From Schizochytrium sp. TIO01 (Eukaryota; Protista; Bigyra: Labyrinthulomycetes): a stretch of DNA of 64,000 nt. Shown in pieces: positions 1 to 11,336 of the stretch; positions within the stretch are counted from its first letter, which is position 1; the number at the start of each line of letters is the position of its first letter. A program made the position numbers and the translations under genes. Location: contig SMSO01000032.1 in NCBI GenBank assembly GCA_004764695.1, forward strand, positions 8,588,483 to 8,652,482. The letters are read 5' to 3'. The notes beneath the pieces were generated by a model that saw only the letters and a list, made by a program, of their open reading frames with translations, was not told where the DNA came from and made no database searches.

Positions 1-189
1 CTCGTTGTCTTCACACAGCTCGTTTATCTGCCGCAGCATTTCTTCAGTGAGCCTCACTCTTTTGTTAATAGCAGCAGCTGCCTCGAGGGCAGTGCTGTCG
101 CCTCCCCGAGGTTCATTTTGGGGTTGTTGCAGCATAACGACCAAGGTGCGGATAGCTAGACTCGCAGCAGGAAGAGTGGTCCGCCAAGT

Positions 190-240
190 CTTGCGCCTAA
201 GCCTTGCGCCTAAGCCTTGCGCCTAAGCCTTGCGCCTAAG
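190..240. repeat. 13-bp tandem repeat (CTTGCGCCTAAGC) x ~4
   Basis: Directly visible perfect tandem units. Confidence 0.95.
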
Positions 241-259
241 TCTAGAAGCCCGTTCTTAA

Positions 260-640
260 CGCGGTCAACGCAAGGATGAGCTCAAAAGGCAAGTTTGGTT
301 GTTTACTTCAACCGGAGTAAGGCCGGCTTCGACCTACAACAAAGCTGGGTTTCAATTCGCAACCGCCTTAGGCTACTCCGACGAAGACCTGTTCTGCTCA
401 CGTAAGAAAAGAGAAGATCTCAGATCGAGGCAAGCGCTCATCTAAGGCCCTGCCGAAAGACCCGATCCTCAAAACTGGGGCAGGCACGTGAGCAAGCAAG
501 TCCCAAGGATGCCTTGCGCGTGCCGCCCCGTGACCGAGGCGGGCTGCGCTTTCCCGAAGCCCCGATTGGGGTTGCCGTCGATTCGCCAATGCCGAGCGCA
601 GTTGGGCTGCCTCCTCGGCGGTCAATTCTGAGCAATCATG
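260..640 (+). mobile_element. Decayed tyrosine-recombinase (DIRS/Crypton-type) N-terminal fragment
   Basis: Frame-shifted pieces TGVRPASTYNKAGFQFATALGYSDEDL, ALPKDPILKT, CRPVTEA and QLGCLLGG occur in the order expected for the YR SAM-like domain, the P-I/V-T motif and the pre-catalytic-Arg helix. Heavily mutated. Confidence 0.3.
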
Positions 641-750
641 AGCAAAGAGGAGCACAATACACTATACCTACTACGCAGGAAAGTACTACTGCCTCTAGAG
701 AAAGAAAAGAACATTCAACTAATTACACTCAGTTAGTCCATAGTAAACAC

Positions 751-784
<34 letters not shown>
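751..784. repeat. (GCAA)n microsatellite
   Basis: Directly visible. Confidence 0.95.
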
Positions 785-1380
785 TATTCCTCTAGAAACA
801 GTAAGCAACCAGCAAACAATGAATAGACTATCCATCCATCACTCAACCAAACAAACACCTCAGGCCCAAACCCAGGTCTCGCTTGCCCACCTCCAGCATA
901 CCAGGCAGCCAAGCCACCACGCCAGCATCAAAGTACATGCCATTTATCCACACATACATTTTTGCACACCACAAAGCTCACAACAGCCATAACGCTGCCT
1001 CCACACATCCACCTACCCACCCACCCGCATAGGCCAGCCAGCCAGCCAGCAACCCAGCAAACAAGCAAACAAGCAAACAAGCAAACAATCAAGTCAATCA
1101 AGTCAAGTCGGTCCATGGCCTTCGACAATCAACAATCAAACGCTCCATCCTCAAGTTTGCAAGACATTTATTTACTTATCTTCGCCTTCCATCCATCCAT
1201 CCATCCATTCCACCATAGCTAGTGACTGCCCAATCGACTGGCGTAGGGCAGCGGAACGTTCAGAACGCTCGCTCTCTCAGCCAGCGAGGTCGAGCTCTCA
1301 AGGCAGGCAGCAGCCAGGCAGCCTTCTTGGGCAAGCAAGCCTCGCTGCGTGCGGGCGGGCGGGCAGGATTTTGAGAGCGC

Positions 1381-1620
1381 GGTCCGCTTCGAGGCAGAAG
1401 GGTTCATGGCGAGATGTGGGCCGGAAGGTAGCGCAGTGGCGGAGAAGTGACACCACTTCTCCGCCGGTTGTTGAGGTATGGGCGCTAGCAGGCGGCCAAG
1501 CGGGTGCTCAAGGAACTGTGGTACGGCGCCAGAGCAGCGCGAGATTTCTTGGAATTAGCTGGCCTTCTCCGAAGTGCACGCGCGGCGCGTGGACCTCCTC
1601 GCGGGAGCACTCGCTGACTG
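1381..1620 (+). mobile_element. Possible decayed DIRS-type reverse transcriptase C-terminal fragment
   Basis: Overlapping frames give ARFLGISW and ARDFLELAGLLRSARAARGP, reminiscent of the RT FLG motif or the following LxxLxGxL..A..P segment. They overlap, so at most one is real. Confidence 0.2.
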
Positions 1621-1660
1621 ACTGACAGCGGCAAAGCGCGCACATGCATGCATGCATATG

Positions 1661-1800
1661 CATACATACATACATACATACATACATACATACATACATA
1701 CATACATACATACATACATACATACATACATACATACATACATACATACATACATACATACATACATACATACATACATACATACATACATACATACATA
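1661..1800. repeat. (CATA)35 microsatellite
   Basis: 140 bp perfect tetranucleotide tract. Confidence 0.98.
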
Positions 1801-1836
1801 CGCGCGAGGCGCGTGATCGCACGCGTGCATGCGCAT

Positions 1837-1881
1837 GCATTTGCATTTGCATTTGCATTTGCATTTGCGTTTGCATTTGCA
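1837..1881. repeat. (GCATTT)n hexanucleotide repeat
   Basis: Directly visible, one mismatch. Confidence 0.9.
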
Positions 1882-2455
1882 CTTGATCTGCATGCGCATG
1901 TGTCGCACGAGGCAGCGTTAAACTTGGGTTGAGGTCAGGGTTGGAGCCTCTGTGTGGGGACCCGCTCTCCGTTGCTCACGTGCCGCTTGACCTTGATTGA
2001 CCTGACCTTGCTGTGGCTTTTGACCCTTTGTTGAAGCGCTGGTTAAATGCCAGGAACCGCGTGGCTATCGGTTCTTGTCTCTGGCTGCCTCGTTTGGGAC
2101 CGACAGACTCGGAGTAGGGACCTCGTGAGTAGTGAGTGACCTCATCTCACGGCGAGGCCTTTCACTGAATGCTGAAGGGAGAAAAGCCGGCGACGAAATG
2201 GATGAGAACCCACGCATCGCACGATGCGAGGGATTGCTCAGCTGGGACGGCATTGAAGAAGGAGGAGGAGAAGACTAGCATGCAGGAGAGAAGTGAAGCG
2301 GAGGACTGACTGGAGACAGTTGAGGAGGAGACCGACCCTGAGGGAGGCTTGCTGAGGGAGGAAACGATTTAGAGCTCTCTCTATGAAAGCGTCGAGGATG
2401 TGAATATCTTTGGCTGAGGGAGGGCCGAGGTGCCTGGGCATTGGGCGGAATGCCT

Positions 2456-2555
2456 TTGTCTGCCTCTGTCTATCTCTCTGTTTATCTCTCTGTTTATCTC
2501 TCTGTCTGTCTCTCTGTCTGTCTCTCTGTCTGTCTCTCTGTCTATCTCTCTGTCT
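2456..2555. repeat. CT-rich imperfect 12-bp tandem repeat (TCTCTCTGTCTR-like)
   Basis: Directly visible. Confidence 0.9.
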
Positions 2556-4100
2556 ACTTGGCGGCGCTCGAATGGACCAAATGAAACCACCGTTCTAGTT
2601 TTAGGTTACTTCCTACCTATCCCCTACTACGAATGCGACTGGGAGAACGAGATCTGTGGGTTTCCAGTGTCCGGGTTCCGATCGCTCACTGTACCTGCAG
2701 GCCTGTTGCGAACAATACGAACATCAATTCGTATCGCGGAAATACTCATCGAACTACTACTAGGAAAACCTTGTAGCTGCTGGGAACGCGAGTTCTAAGG
2801 CCTTCTAGGGAGCGATATACGAGGTCGTGGCTAGCAGGTTGTTTTCTGTTTATCGCATACCCTCCCAACAAAGATGCGCACCTTTTTTCTCAAGTACGAA
2901 AGTTTGTTGTGGTATATGAAAATTATGTTTCTTACAAAACGCATTCAGGACAAGGGAAAAGGGAGTGAAAAAAGCTACTCGAGTCAACGACATTTATGTC
3001 CGCACAGAATCTATAGCAAATAGTGCACAGCACACAGCGTGCAGCACACAGCAAAGCGCTCCGCGGACAACTTCGGGAACTATGAAAGGAGATACTATGT
3101 GTTCAGCTTTCACAGTGTCGAAGCTAGGTAGCTCGGTATTGTTAGAAATGAAAATAGATATGCCTCGAAAGTAACAAAAACAAACCAATACATACTCTGT
3201 TCCTTAATTGCTAGCTAGTAATATGGTGAGATGCTGTTTTCAGATACATCAATTTTATCCCAAACTGTCCTTTCGTAAAGTGATTTTCTGCAATGAAATG
3301 GCCAGTTATTGATTGCCAAATATAGTGCAGGAGTGTGGCTTCATATGGCCTCATGACTCACAACATGCAACAAAGAAAGGTTGTTAAAGCACGGCAAAAT
3401 GAATCAAAGGTTGGAGTACAGATGCGAGTTTGGTTTGCAGCTTTCTTTCGTAATCTAATAGACTATGACCTCTAGATATTTATTTAATTTTGTTTTACTT
3501 TATTAAATAAGCGTATAACAAATAACGCAGTGCGAAACTGATATAGTTTCCATCATGAGCTGCTATTGTTATTGGGGGCAAACGTTGTTGATATGCTACA
3601 TGACTCACATCATAACCACAATTCAATCGTGATATAGCTTAAAATTCGATAATCTTTGCGATATAAGACCAATAGCAAAAGGTGTAGTAGCTTCTATCCT
3701 AGAAATCTATCTATCGACACTAAACTATATAGTATCTGTATCTGCGTGTATCCTTTATCAGATTATTTGCTTTGCTTCGCTTTGCTTCGCTTTGCTGTCA
3801 TACAATCTTTCCAGAATCTAGCAATTCTGAAACTGCGGTATTATTTACGGCTTGCTACTGCAAATAGTGGTAATGTTGCTTTCCCCTGGTTGTATGATTT
3901 ATAGTACCTTTTGCGGGCAGAGAAGACGTTTATTGTCATCAATTAATAGCGGTCTTTGCAAAGTCCTAAGTTCACCTAACCGCACAAGAAAATTATTTTC
4001 TACTATACAAAAAAGAAAAAAAGAAAAAGTGAGTACCCGGCTAGTATAACTAACATCAGTAATTGAACCTGAATGCTGTAGTGCAACGTTTTACCACCGT

Positions 4101-5219
4101 TCAATTTGCTTCAAGATTTGACTTGGGTGAGGCCGGGTTTGACTGGACACTAGATATTGCGTTCGATGTCATCGGTGCTGAAGGCTGAACCCGTGAATCA
4201 TTACTAGTAGATTGGCGTTTGATATACGTAGCTGCTGAGCCACCATCTCGTATCGATGAGCGCGCCCGTTTCATGGTACCATTAGTAGAGCTATTAAGTT
4301 TCCCATTCGATATAGAAGTAAGAAGCCTGAGGAACATGCGAGGACGCAGTAAAGATAACAAAAATAAGGACGCAATGGCCTCTAGAAGACAGGGTATAAA
4401 ATAAGCAGCCACAAAGCGGTATTTGTAAAAAGATAGGGTCTTATAAGCATCTTCAAAAGTTGTTCGAACCATCCATCCAGCTATAAAGATGACATAGATT
4501 GTTGCTATGATCATTAAACCCCGAACATACCGAAAAATGGAGACAATTACAGGAAATGCTGAATGGTCTGACCGGTTTCGCAGCGATTTCCACACGGATG
4601 TGCATAACTTGTACAACTTCTTAATTCGATATAGATAAAATAGGCCAACACCAATGAATGAGATTTCGAAAAGACGAGACCAAACATGAGCAAAGTGATG
4701 AGCATAGTGATTGCCAATCACAGAAATAGTTCCCAAAATTGCACTGAGTGCACAGCATAAGGCCGTTAGGAATAAAGGTGAATAACTTCGCTTTGATGAT
4801 GAAAACGGATTGGTTACCATGATGAGGAGCTGCTCAAAAGTAAATACACAAAACAAATGCATAGATGATAGCGCAACAAATCCCAGCACCCAAAATGAAG
4901 ATACAAGATCAAAAGGACAAAACGAATAAAGATCACCTCCAGTGCACCCCGACATGATGACTCGGCACAAGCTGAATATTATGCTAACAGTGTATGTAAT
5001 AGTTCGACCATTCCTGTTCTTGTTAATGCCGTAAATCATCTCGTCACAAAGCATGATTATTGAAAATGCCAGCGCAAGTATTTGTAGAATAAGAATAATT
5101 TTGCTCAAACCTAGGAAAGTTCGAGCCAACGATTCATCTAGATACTCGAGCAAATTGTGTCTACAGCCATTTGTTACATTGTCCACGGAGGTGTTTGCAG
5201 GTTGGCTGCAGGTAGCCAT
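4101..5219 (-). CDS. Orphan 7-transmembrane (GPCR-like) protein, 372 aa
   Basis: Seven hydrophobic segments between about aa 35 and 291; short N-terminus with N-glycosylation sequons (NTS, NVT) and Cys; basic loop between TM5 and TM6; Ser/Thr-rich C-tail. Confidence 0.7.
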   Translation of the reverse strand: MATCSQPANTSVDNVTNGCRHNLLEYLDESLARTFLGLSKIILILQILALAFSIIMLCDEMIYGINKNRNGRTITYTVSIIFSLCRVIMSGCTGGDLYSFCPFDLVSSFWVLGFVALSSMHLFCVFTFEQLLIMVTNPFSSSKRSYSPLFLTALCCALSAILGTISVIGNHYAHHFAHVWSRLFEISFIGVGLFYLYRIKKLYKLCTSVWKSLRNRSDHSAFPVIVSIFRYVRGLMIIATIYVIFIAGWMVRTTFEDAYKTLSFYKYRFVAAYFIPCLLEAIASLFLLSLLRPRMFLRLLTSISNGKLNSSTNGTMKRARSSIRDGGSAATYIKRQSTSNDSRVQPSAPMTSNAISSVQSNPASPKSNLEAN

Positions 5220-6611
5220 TATTTGATGGCTGGTAAGGCGAGCATGTATCGAGGTTATTGTAAATGCGACGCCGCCGTCGCATGCACAGTACCCAAGCCT
5301 CCGTGTTGTTGTTTTGAATGAGGATTGTTCAGAGAGTCTAAAAAATAACTATATTATGACGAGTGCACCTTGTGCGCACTCCGTTATCCTCTCTCTATAG
5401 AACGCCTCTACTTGGGAACAACTGACATCTTTTAGTTAATACAGGATTGGTTCATGTAAAAATCATACTTATATTTGCAATCACTTTTACTCCAAACCGC
5501 TCCGTCGAATCCACCCTTCCCGTATTATTTACCACAGCCGTACAGTTTCGTGCTAGCTTTAATAATATTCAATCGCGTCAGACAAGTTTAACGCGAAAAA
5601 GATCCGTTGCACAGTTGGTAGTTTTTTTAGTTTTTCCCCCCAAAAAGAAGATCTTTTTCTCACTTATCTTATTGTTTATTTTTTAATTTATTTTTTTAAT
5701 ATTAGATTAAAATTGAATAATAATGATAATAATGATACAATAGTAATAATAAAGATCTCGGACTAAATAGACCTATGTAGCTGACGAGATAATGGCCTCG
5801 TTTTAATGTGTTCATGCCTTGATTGTACTTTCCTTAGCTTTACACGCAAAAAAAAAATATGTCGGGCCGACTGAATTTAACAATGGCGACTGAAGCTGAG
5901 TAAAGTCATCTTCTTCAATGGATAGTATCAAAATAAAGGGTGATAGAACGGTTGAAACAAAAGGAAAAGAACATAGATATCAATTAATTCGTTATCGACA
6001 AACTTCCAAAAGCAGGTTTCTGTTGGCTTTAAGTCGAAATATTTTGATAATTTGAGCAGTTTGAATTTGCACACGTACTTCTGTCCATGAAGTGTCCATA
6101 TGCTGTTAAATAGAGTTAAAGCGAAAATCTGGTTTTGCCTATGCGTTGTGTTTTGATGGAATTGCATGTTATTACTATGTATGACTCACGTTTTTCTGTT
6201 AGCAGCTTCTTCGTATAATACGTTAGATGAACTTGTCACAGTAACTAGTGAACAGAATTTGCAGTTTTGTACTACAATGTTTAAAAGTGGAAGATACGGG
6301 GCTTTCACAATAGCAGATACGAGCAAAATGGTTCTATTCATTTATAGCAGAAAAGATGTTCCCTAAGCATCACAATTCAAAGTAATTGCGTGACATGTGT
6401 TAGCTGCTCAATCTAGTAATTGCGTGTAAACATGTACGAAGAAAAGAGAATGTAAATGAATAACGCAATCTCCCTGGCGTTTTAAAGTGTTCCAGAAGTG
6501 TTTATTTCTGCCGGGTTAGAAACTAGCTAAAATAACAACAACAAATTTTTTGGGGGAAGAACTAGAATCTACAGTTTAAAAACAGTTTACTAAATTTGCA
6601 ATGATACAAGC

Positions 6612-9600
6612 TTAACATGCTATACTTTGCTGCAGCGAAGAAGCTTGTTTTCTGTTTCGCAAAATTCGAGAAAAGCTTTCTGTTGAGAATGACGAGGTGT
6701 TCGTCCGTGGTGGTGGTATTGGGAATGCCCTTGTTTCAAGGTGAGGAGCAAATGATACCCTCTGTGTAGAACAAACAAACTGATGTCCAACATCATCAAT
6801 GGTCACTAGTCGGCTCCATAGGGCTACCATTCGTTGCCAGATTACTTTCAAAATACTTTCGGTCGATGGTGCTTCGGTAGAAGAATTTAAAATCTTTTGC
6901 TGGAGGGTGTCGCGAAGTATGGGCGGCGAAGTTAAAAGCAGTAACCCAATATATAAACTTGTGCGACTTGCGAAAGGAAAACAGGAATATAGCAAACAGC
7001 AACCAGAAAACGACAGCCCCAAAACCAAAAGAATGATCTCAATAGCATCCGAAGCAAATGAGTTCGCACGACTTAAACAAAGAGCAAGTTTTTCACCAGC
7101 ATCAGCAATATCCCCTGTCAATTCCTGCACCCAGCGAATCTCACGCCACACTAATGCCGTTTTCTCGATAAGATTGAGACCTCGCTTTGGATCATCGATT
7201 TGATGATTCCAAACAAAGAAATCTTCCGACATTGGCTCGCGAGGGAAAACAATGTCTTCAGGTCGATTATACAAGTGTCCGGAGAGGGGAATACTGATTT
7301 CAGAAGGTGCATCGTCGGCATTTTGAAAGAAAAAGGAGCTTACAGATGACCTACGCGGAGAAGTTGAAGACCCACTTTGCACAGAACCTACGTCGGTGTC
7401 AACGCTATCTGAATGCAATACGCGTTGCTGCTCCGTATCTAATGGAAGGCGGTCTACACATGAACCTCCTTGTTGCTTCCGTGAGGGTCTCTTGTCTCGC
7501 ATTCTTTCACCACATCCATCTTCCTTCTCTTGATGCACGTCATCAATAAAATTCTCATCATCTTCCTCTTCCTCAGCATCTGTAAGGCAAACAGTATCCT
7601 CACATTGTGTTACAGCCACTTGAACAGAGGAAGCATTCGAGCCTGCGCTCCATTTTCTCCTGGTAAAAAAAACATTTTCCATGTGAGCTTTGGCAGCATA
7701 AAACGCATTCGGTGGATGTTGAGAGCTAGGCAATGGCGCTTGCAGCTTTGTGCCTTGTTTGTCTTCCTCAGTCTCAGGCAATGCCACTCTCTTCGTAGGA
7801 ATTTTGCGAACAGTTTCCCAATTCATGCATAGATCGTGTCCAGAAAAGTAGAACCTGCTAATGGCTGTTGAGCACATCGTAAACACAACCGGCATGCTCC
7901 AGGTTGGTAGAATAAAGAAGAATGCAAAAGCAACAAACCAAAAGGATAACGATACCCATGGTTGTTTCCATGATCGAACCCCGTCAAAAAAGGCGCAGGG
8001 TGCGTGAATAAAGTGTCTGTACCAATACGAGCGAACAATTCTAATGCGCACAGCATTTCTTCGAATTTCTACCAGTGCACCGAGAGTATCTTTCATTTTG
8101 GCTGGTCGATACGCATTGCGAATCGAATCATTTGCTTCACCAGGTCGCAAGGGGTTGAGATAGAGCTTCCAGAGTGACCGTTGATCAATAAAGAGTGTCG
8201 TAGTAAAACGAAGTTTAACATAACCAAGGCTGACCTTGGGGAAATCAAGACCACTCTTGTCAATGATTGGTACAGCTGGACGTACGCGGCATTTTTGAGA
8301 TTTTCCCGGCCGTGGATAAATTTCGAACCATTGTTCAAAGCTTTCAAGCAGATGCAATATTGGGACATTCACTTGCCCAAGTACATAATAGCTAGCGAAG
8401 GACATTGCACGTGCGGGTTTGTAAATAACAAGCTCAAAATCACTAGCCAAGTCTGTAAGCTCAAAGACATAAGGCTTTTCATACTCCCAAACAGCTTTCT
8501 CTTGCGTTTTAACTTGTTGTTGCGGTGACAGGGGTGAACGTTTGAGTTGCTTCTTGGCGTTTTCATCTATTTTTTCAGGAGTTTTTTTACTATGAACGCT
8601 TGTTGTTGACTCCCCTCTCTCCCTCGTCTTGAAAGCATTTTCCTTCTCGAGGCCCTCCAATCTAGGTGAGTAGTGCCACGTCTCTCCTAGACTCATAGAG
8701 TACCCCATTGCTTTTGATAGCTCTGGCTCTAAGATAGGTCGGCTCCCGTCGCGTCCAATTTGTCTTGTTTCCATAATTTGAACTTGAACTCTACCTATAG
8801 TATTCTCTGTTAGCTCATAGTCTTCCTCTTCCTCCCTCGCCTCGCCCATCAATCCTTCTTCCTCTTCATCTACATCTGTTCCTTCCTCTTCTTCATTATC
8901 ATTGGCCTTCACCAGAGCATGGTTTGCCCTACCACCTTGATGGGCATATATTTCCTCAGAACTCTTCAGTTCGTTGTCAGCTCGAGATGATGTTTTCTGC
9001 TCAGGCCGTGATCTCTGATCCTCCTCCACCTGACAGAGCGACTTAGTTTCCTCCTCTTCGTCAAGATCCTCTTTAAATTCCTCTTCTGCCTTTTGCCGAC
9101 CTTTGCAACCTTGAACTAAATCTAGAGTGTCTACTTTCTGCTGTTCTTTTATTGCGTTTTCTGTCCCATCTAGATGTGCCTTTGGTGCTGCTTGTCCCAC
9201 TGGCCCTCGCAACTTTTCTTCCCGAAGATATACATCGCATTCTTCTGCGTATACTTCTTTAAGCTCGCACGTCTGCCTCCAACCATCGACTGATAATGAT
9301 TTTACGGGAGGGGTTTCTCTCTTCGAGGAGGCTTTGCGATTGAGTGTGAGCGAGGATAGGCTGCAAGATATGCGCTGTTGAGCGCCGAGGGCAGCACTCT
9401 GGAGGGAGCTCGAAGACTCCCCTACGCCCAGGATGTGTAACCGGGAGTCCTGCACATTAGCGCTCTCAGTTTCAGGTTCCCACTTCAAGGCCTGCACAGG
9501 CGAGGTATCAACAAAGCTTTCAGCGGAGGTGGACGAAGTTGAAACTGATGTTAAGATGGCCCTCATGGATTTGGGTTCTAAAACACGCGGCGAGCTACAA

Positions 9601-9905
9601 GCCGTCGGATCCGCGACAAGGGACTTGGGCGAAGGCAAACGGGGACGAGGCACTGCAGCGTGAACTTTGCACCCGACAGAGCTCTGGGCACGGTCGGCAC
9701 AGCCTTCGTGCACGAGTATTGAACAGTCTTGGCAGCGCAAGAACTGCCTATTCAGAGCAATGAGGAACCTCCTGCAGGCGGCGCAAGTCGCAGGATGCCG
9801 GAGAGTAGTCCAGGTAAAGGCGTGCACAGCCCCCAAGCCCCCAGGGCCTCCTTCTTCTTCCCCGCCACCGCCCGTCTTTTCGTGGTCTGCGCTCATGAGG
9901 ACCAC
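6612..9905 (-). CDS. C1 (zinc/DAG-type) + C2 + MCTP/PRT_C-like transmembrane protein, 1097 aa
   Basis: N-terminal H-x12-C-x2-C-x13-C-x2-C-x4-H-x2-C C1 motif; C2 elements (GRVQVQIME; VWEYEKPYVFELTDLASDFELVIY..LGQVNVPI..QWFEI; LGYVKL); MCTP-like SWKQPWVSLSFW TM hairpin and VQELTGDIADAGEKL PRT_C-like segment followed by TM helices. Confidence 0.8.
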   Translation of the reverse strand: MVLMSADHEKTGGGGEEEGGPGGLGAVHAFTWTTLRHPATCAACRRFLIALNRQFLRCQDCSILVHEGCADRAQSSVGCKVHAAVPRPRLPSPKSLVADPTACSSPRVLEPKSMRAILTSVSTSSTSAESFVDTSPVQALKWEPETESANVQDSRLHILGVGESSSSLQSAALGAQQRISCSLSSLTLNRKASSKRETPPVKSLSVDGWRQTCELKEVYAEECDVYLREEKLRGPVGQAAPKAHLDGTENAIKEQQKVDTLDLVQGCKGRQKAEEEFKEDLDEEEETKSLCQVEEDQRSRPEQKTSSRADNELKSSEEIYAHQGGRANHALVKANDNEEEEGTDVDEEEEGLMGEAREEEEDYELTENTIGRVQVQIMETRQIGRDGSRPILEPELSKAMGYSMSLGETWHYSPRLEGLEKENAFKTRERGESTTSVHSKKTPEKIDENAKKQLKRSPLSPQQQVKTQEKAVWEYEKPYVFELTDLASDFELVIYKPARAMSFASYYVLGQVNVPILHLLESFEQWFEIYPRPGKSQKCRVRPAVPIIDKSGLDFPKVSLGYVKLRFTTTLFIDQRSLWKLYLNPLRPGEANDSIRNAYRPAKMKDTLGALVEIRRNAVRIRIVRSYWYRHFIHAPCAFFDGVRSWKQPWVSLSFWFVAFAFFFILPTWSMPVVFTMCSTAISRFYFSGHDLCMNWETVRKIPTKRVALPETEEDKQGTKLQAPLPSSQHPPNAFYAAKAHMENVFFTRRKWSAGSNASSVQVAVTQCEDTVCLTDAEEEEDDENFIDDVHQEKEDGCGERMRDKRPSRKQQGGSCVDRLPLDTEQQRVLHSDSVDTDVGSVQSGSSTSPRRSSVSSFFFQNADDAPSEISIPLSGHLYNRPEDIVFPREPMSEDFFVWNHQIDDPKRGLNLIEKTALVWREIRWVQELTGDIADAGEKLALCLSRANSFASDAIEIILLVLGLSFSGCCLLYSCFPFASRTSLYIGLLLLTSPPILRDTLQQKILNSSTEAPSTESILKVIWQRMVALWSRLVTIDDVGHQFVCSTQRVSFAPHLETRAFPIPPPRTNTSSFSTESFSRILRNRKQASSLQQSIAC

Positions 9906-11265
9906 AGCGATGGATTTTCACAGGATTTCCAAACTCAGCAACAACGAAATCAACAACCTTACTATTTCAAAATCCTCGAGTTTCAAAATTTGTTGATTTT
10001 TGTCCGAGTCAAACCGTCTGCGTCTGGTGCACAAAGGGAGTGCTAGCTCCGTTTCAAGAGGTATTCTCTTCACGCGGATTCTCCTCTCTTCTCGGTGGGC
10101 TACAGAAATCCTGCCGGAGAGAGGATAGATCAGAAAATTAGGTCAGTTCTGTCTGTCGTAAGCTCAGCTCCAGAGTTCGAGCACGATGCCCTCCATGTGC
10201 GGGACCAGGCAACACAACTACCCCAGGCCGCTGCGAGGTCCTCTCGTCTGCACCAGGGCTCGGTGATTCGCTTTTCAATCTCCTCGCACGCCAGACACTC
10301 CGTCATATCTGGGTTCTGCCTTTATCTGAGCGGCGCGGAGTAGGCGTGCATTTATCCATTCGCGCTCGTCTTTGTTCATTCGCTATATGCCACAATGCGC
10401 GAAAATGATGTGCAAATGTGCATCCGAGTCGCCGCCATTTCGGCATGCATTCGTCTATTCTCCCAAACCCAAAAATAAATCCCACCTCACATAGCTGCAT
10501 GGGCCCTCTCTTCAGACTTTGGTGGCCTTTCACGACGTTCACGTCGCGAGGTATTTGTCCAAATCCCGAGCGAATGCAAATCTGTCCAACTTGGGTCAGC
10601 GCCGCGACAGTGCGCACAATACCCCCCCTCTGGGGTGTAGCCTGGGGAGTCAGTCCCAGTGAATGAAGGAGGACTCTATGTGCTCCTAAGTACTGCTATG
10701 TCCTCGCTTCCACTCTCATCGAGATAGTCAGAGGCCATAATCGCTGGGCTAGCTCTGATTCGGTTCATGCGAAGGCTGATCAGTTGTTGGTTTCTTACGC
10801 AGGTTCAGTACAGCTGAGGCAGCTGAGCATATTATCTTGCAGGTGTACTGCACATCGCCCGTGCTGCCTCTGAGGCCATGGCCCGTGGGCTTGCATGCGT
10901 TGGAATCGCCGCCCAACTTCAAGATATGTAGGCGCCTATCTGTCATGATGCATGTATGTAGTGTATTTAGTGTGTGCAAAACCCTTATTGAGAAGAAACA
11001 GCTCAGAGGCTTGGTTTGACTTGAGTGGAGTGGTTTGATTGGCAGAAAACCTTGGAGAACAGACGTAAAAAGGAGGTAAACAGAAGCAGGTCTGCACTAT
11101 TGTGGTAAATGGGAATTGCAACTGACTGACTTAGCGAGTACCTGAATGGAGCGCCATACTTGTCGGGCTTCTTGCGCGTCAGGGCGAAAACCAGAACCTT
11201 ATAATCCTGTGTAGTGACATTGCTGGTATAGAGTGGTGGCATCGCAAGATTCTTCTACTAAAGAT

Positions 11266-11336
11266 TCTCCCATGATGTAATGGTAACATATCAGACTTTG
11301 AATCTGAATCCCTGGGTTCGATTCCCGGTGGGAGAT
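11266..11336 (+). tRNA. tRNA-Gln (anticodon UUG)
   Basis: Full cloverleaf: acceptor TCTCCCA/TGGGAGA, D-stem ATGT/ACAT, anticodon stem TCAGA/TCTGA with loop CT-TTG-AA, T-arm CTGGG-TTCGATT-CCCGG; downstream T-run terminator. Confidence 0.95.

Noticed and set aside
190-240. Possible CRISPR or telomeric array
   Set aside because: No spacers, only four units, eukaryotic context, no cas genes.
1485-1932. ORFs of MYVC/HTYI repeats
   Set aside because: Translations of the (CATA)n and (GCATTT)n microsatellites.
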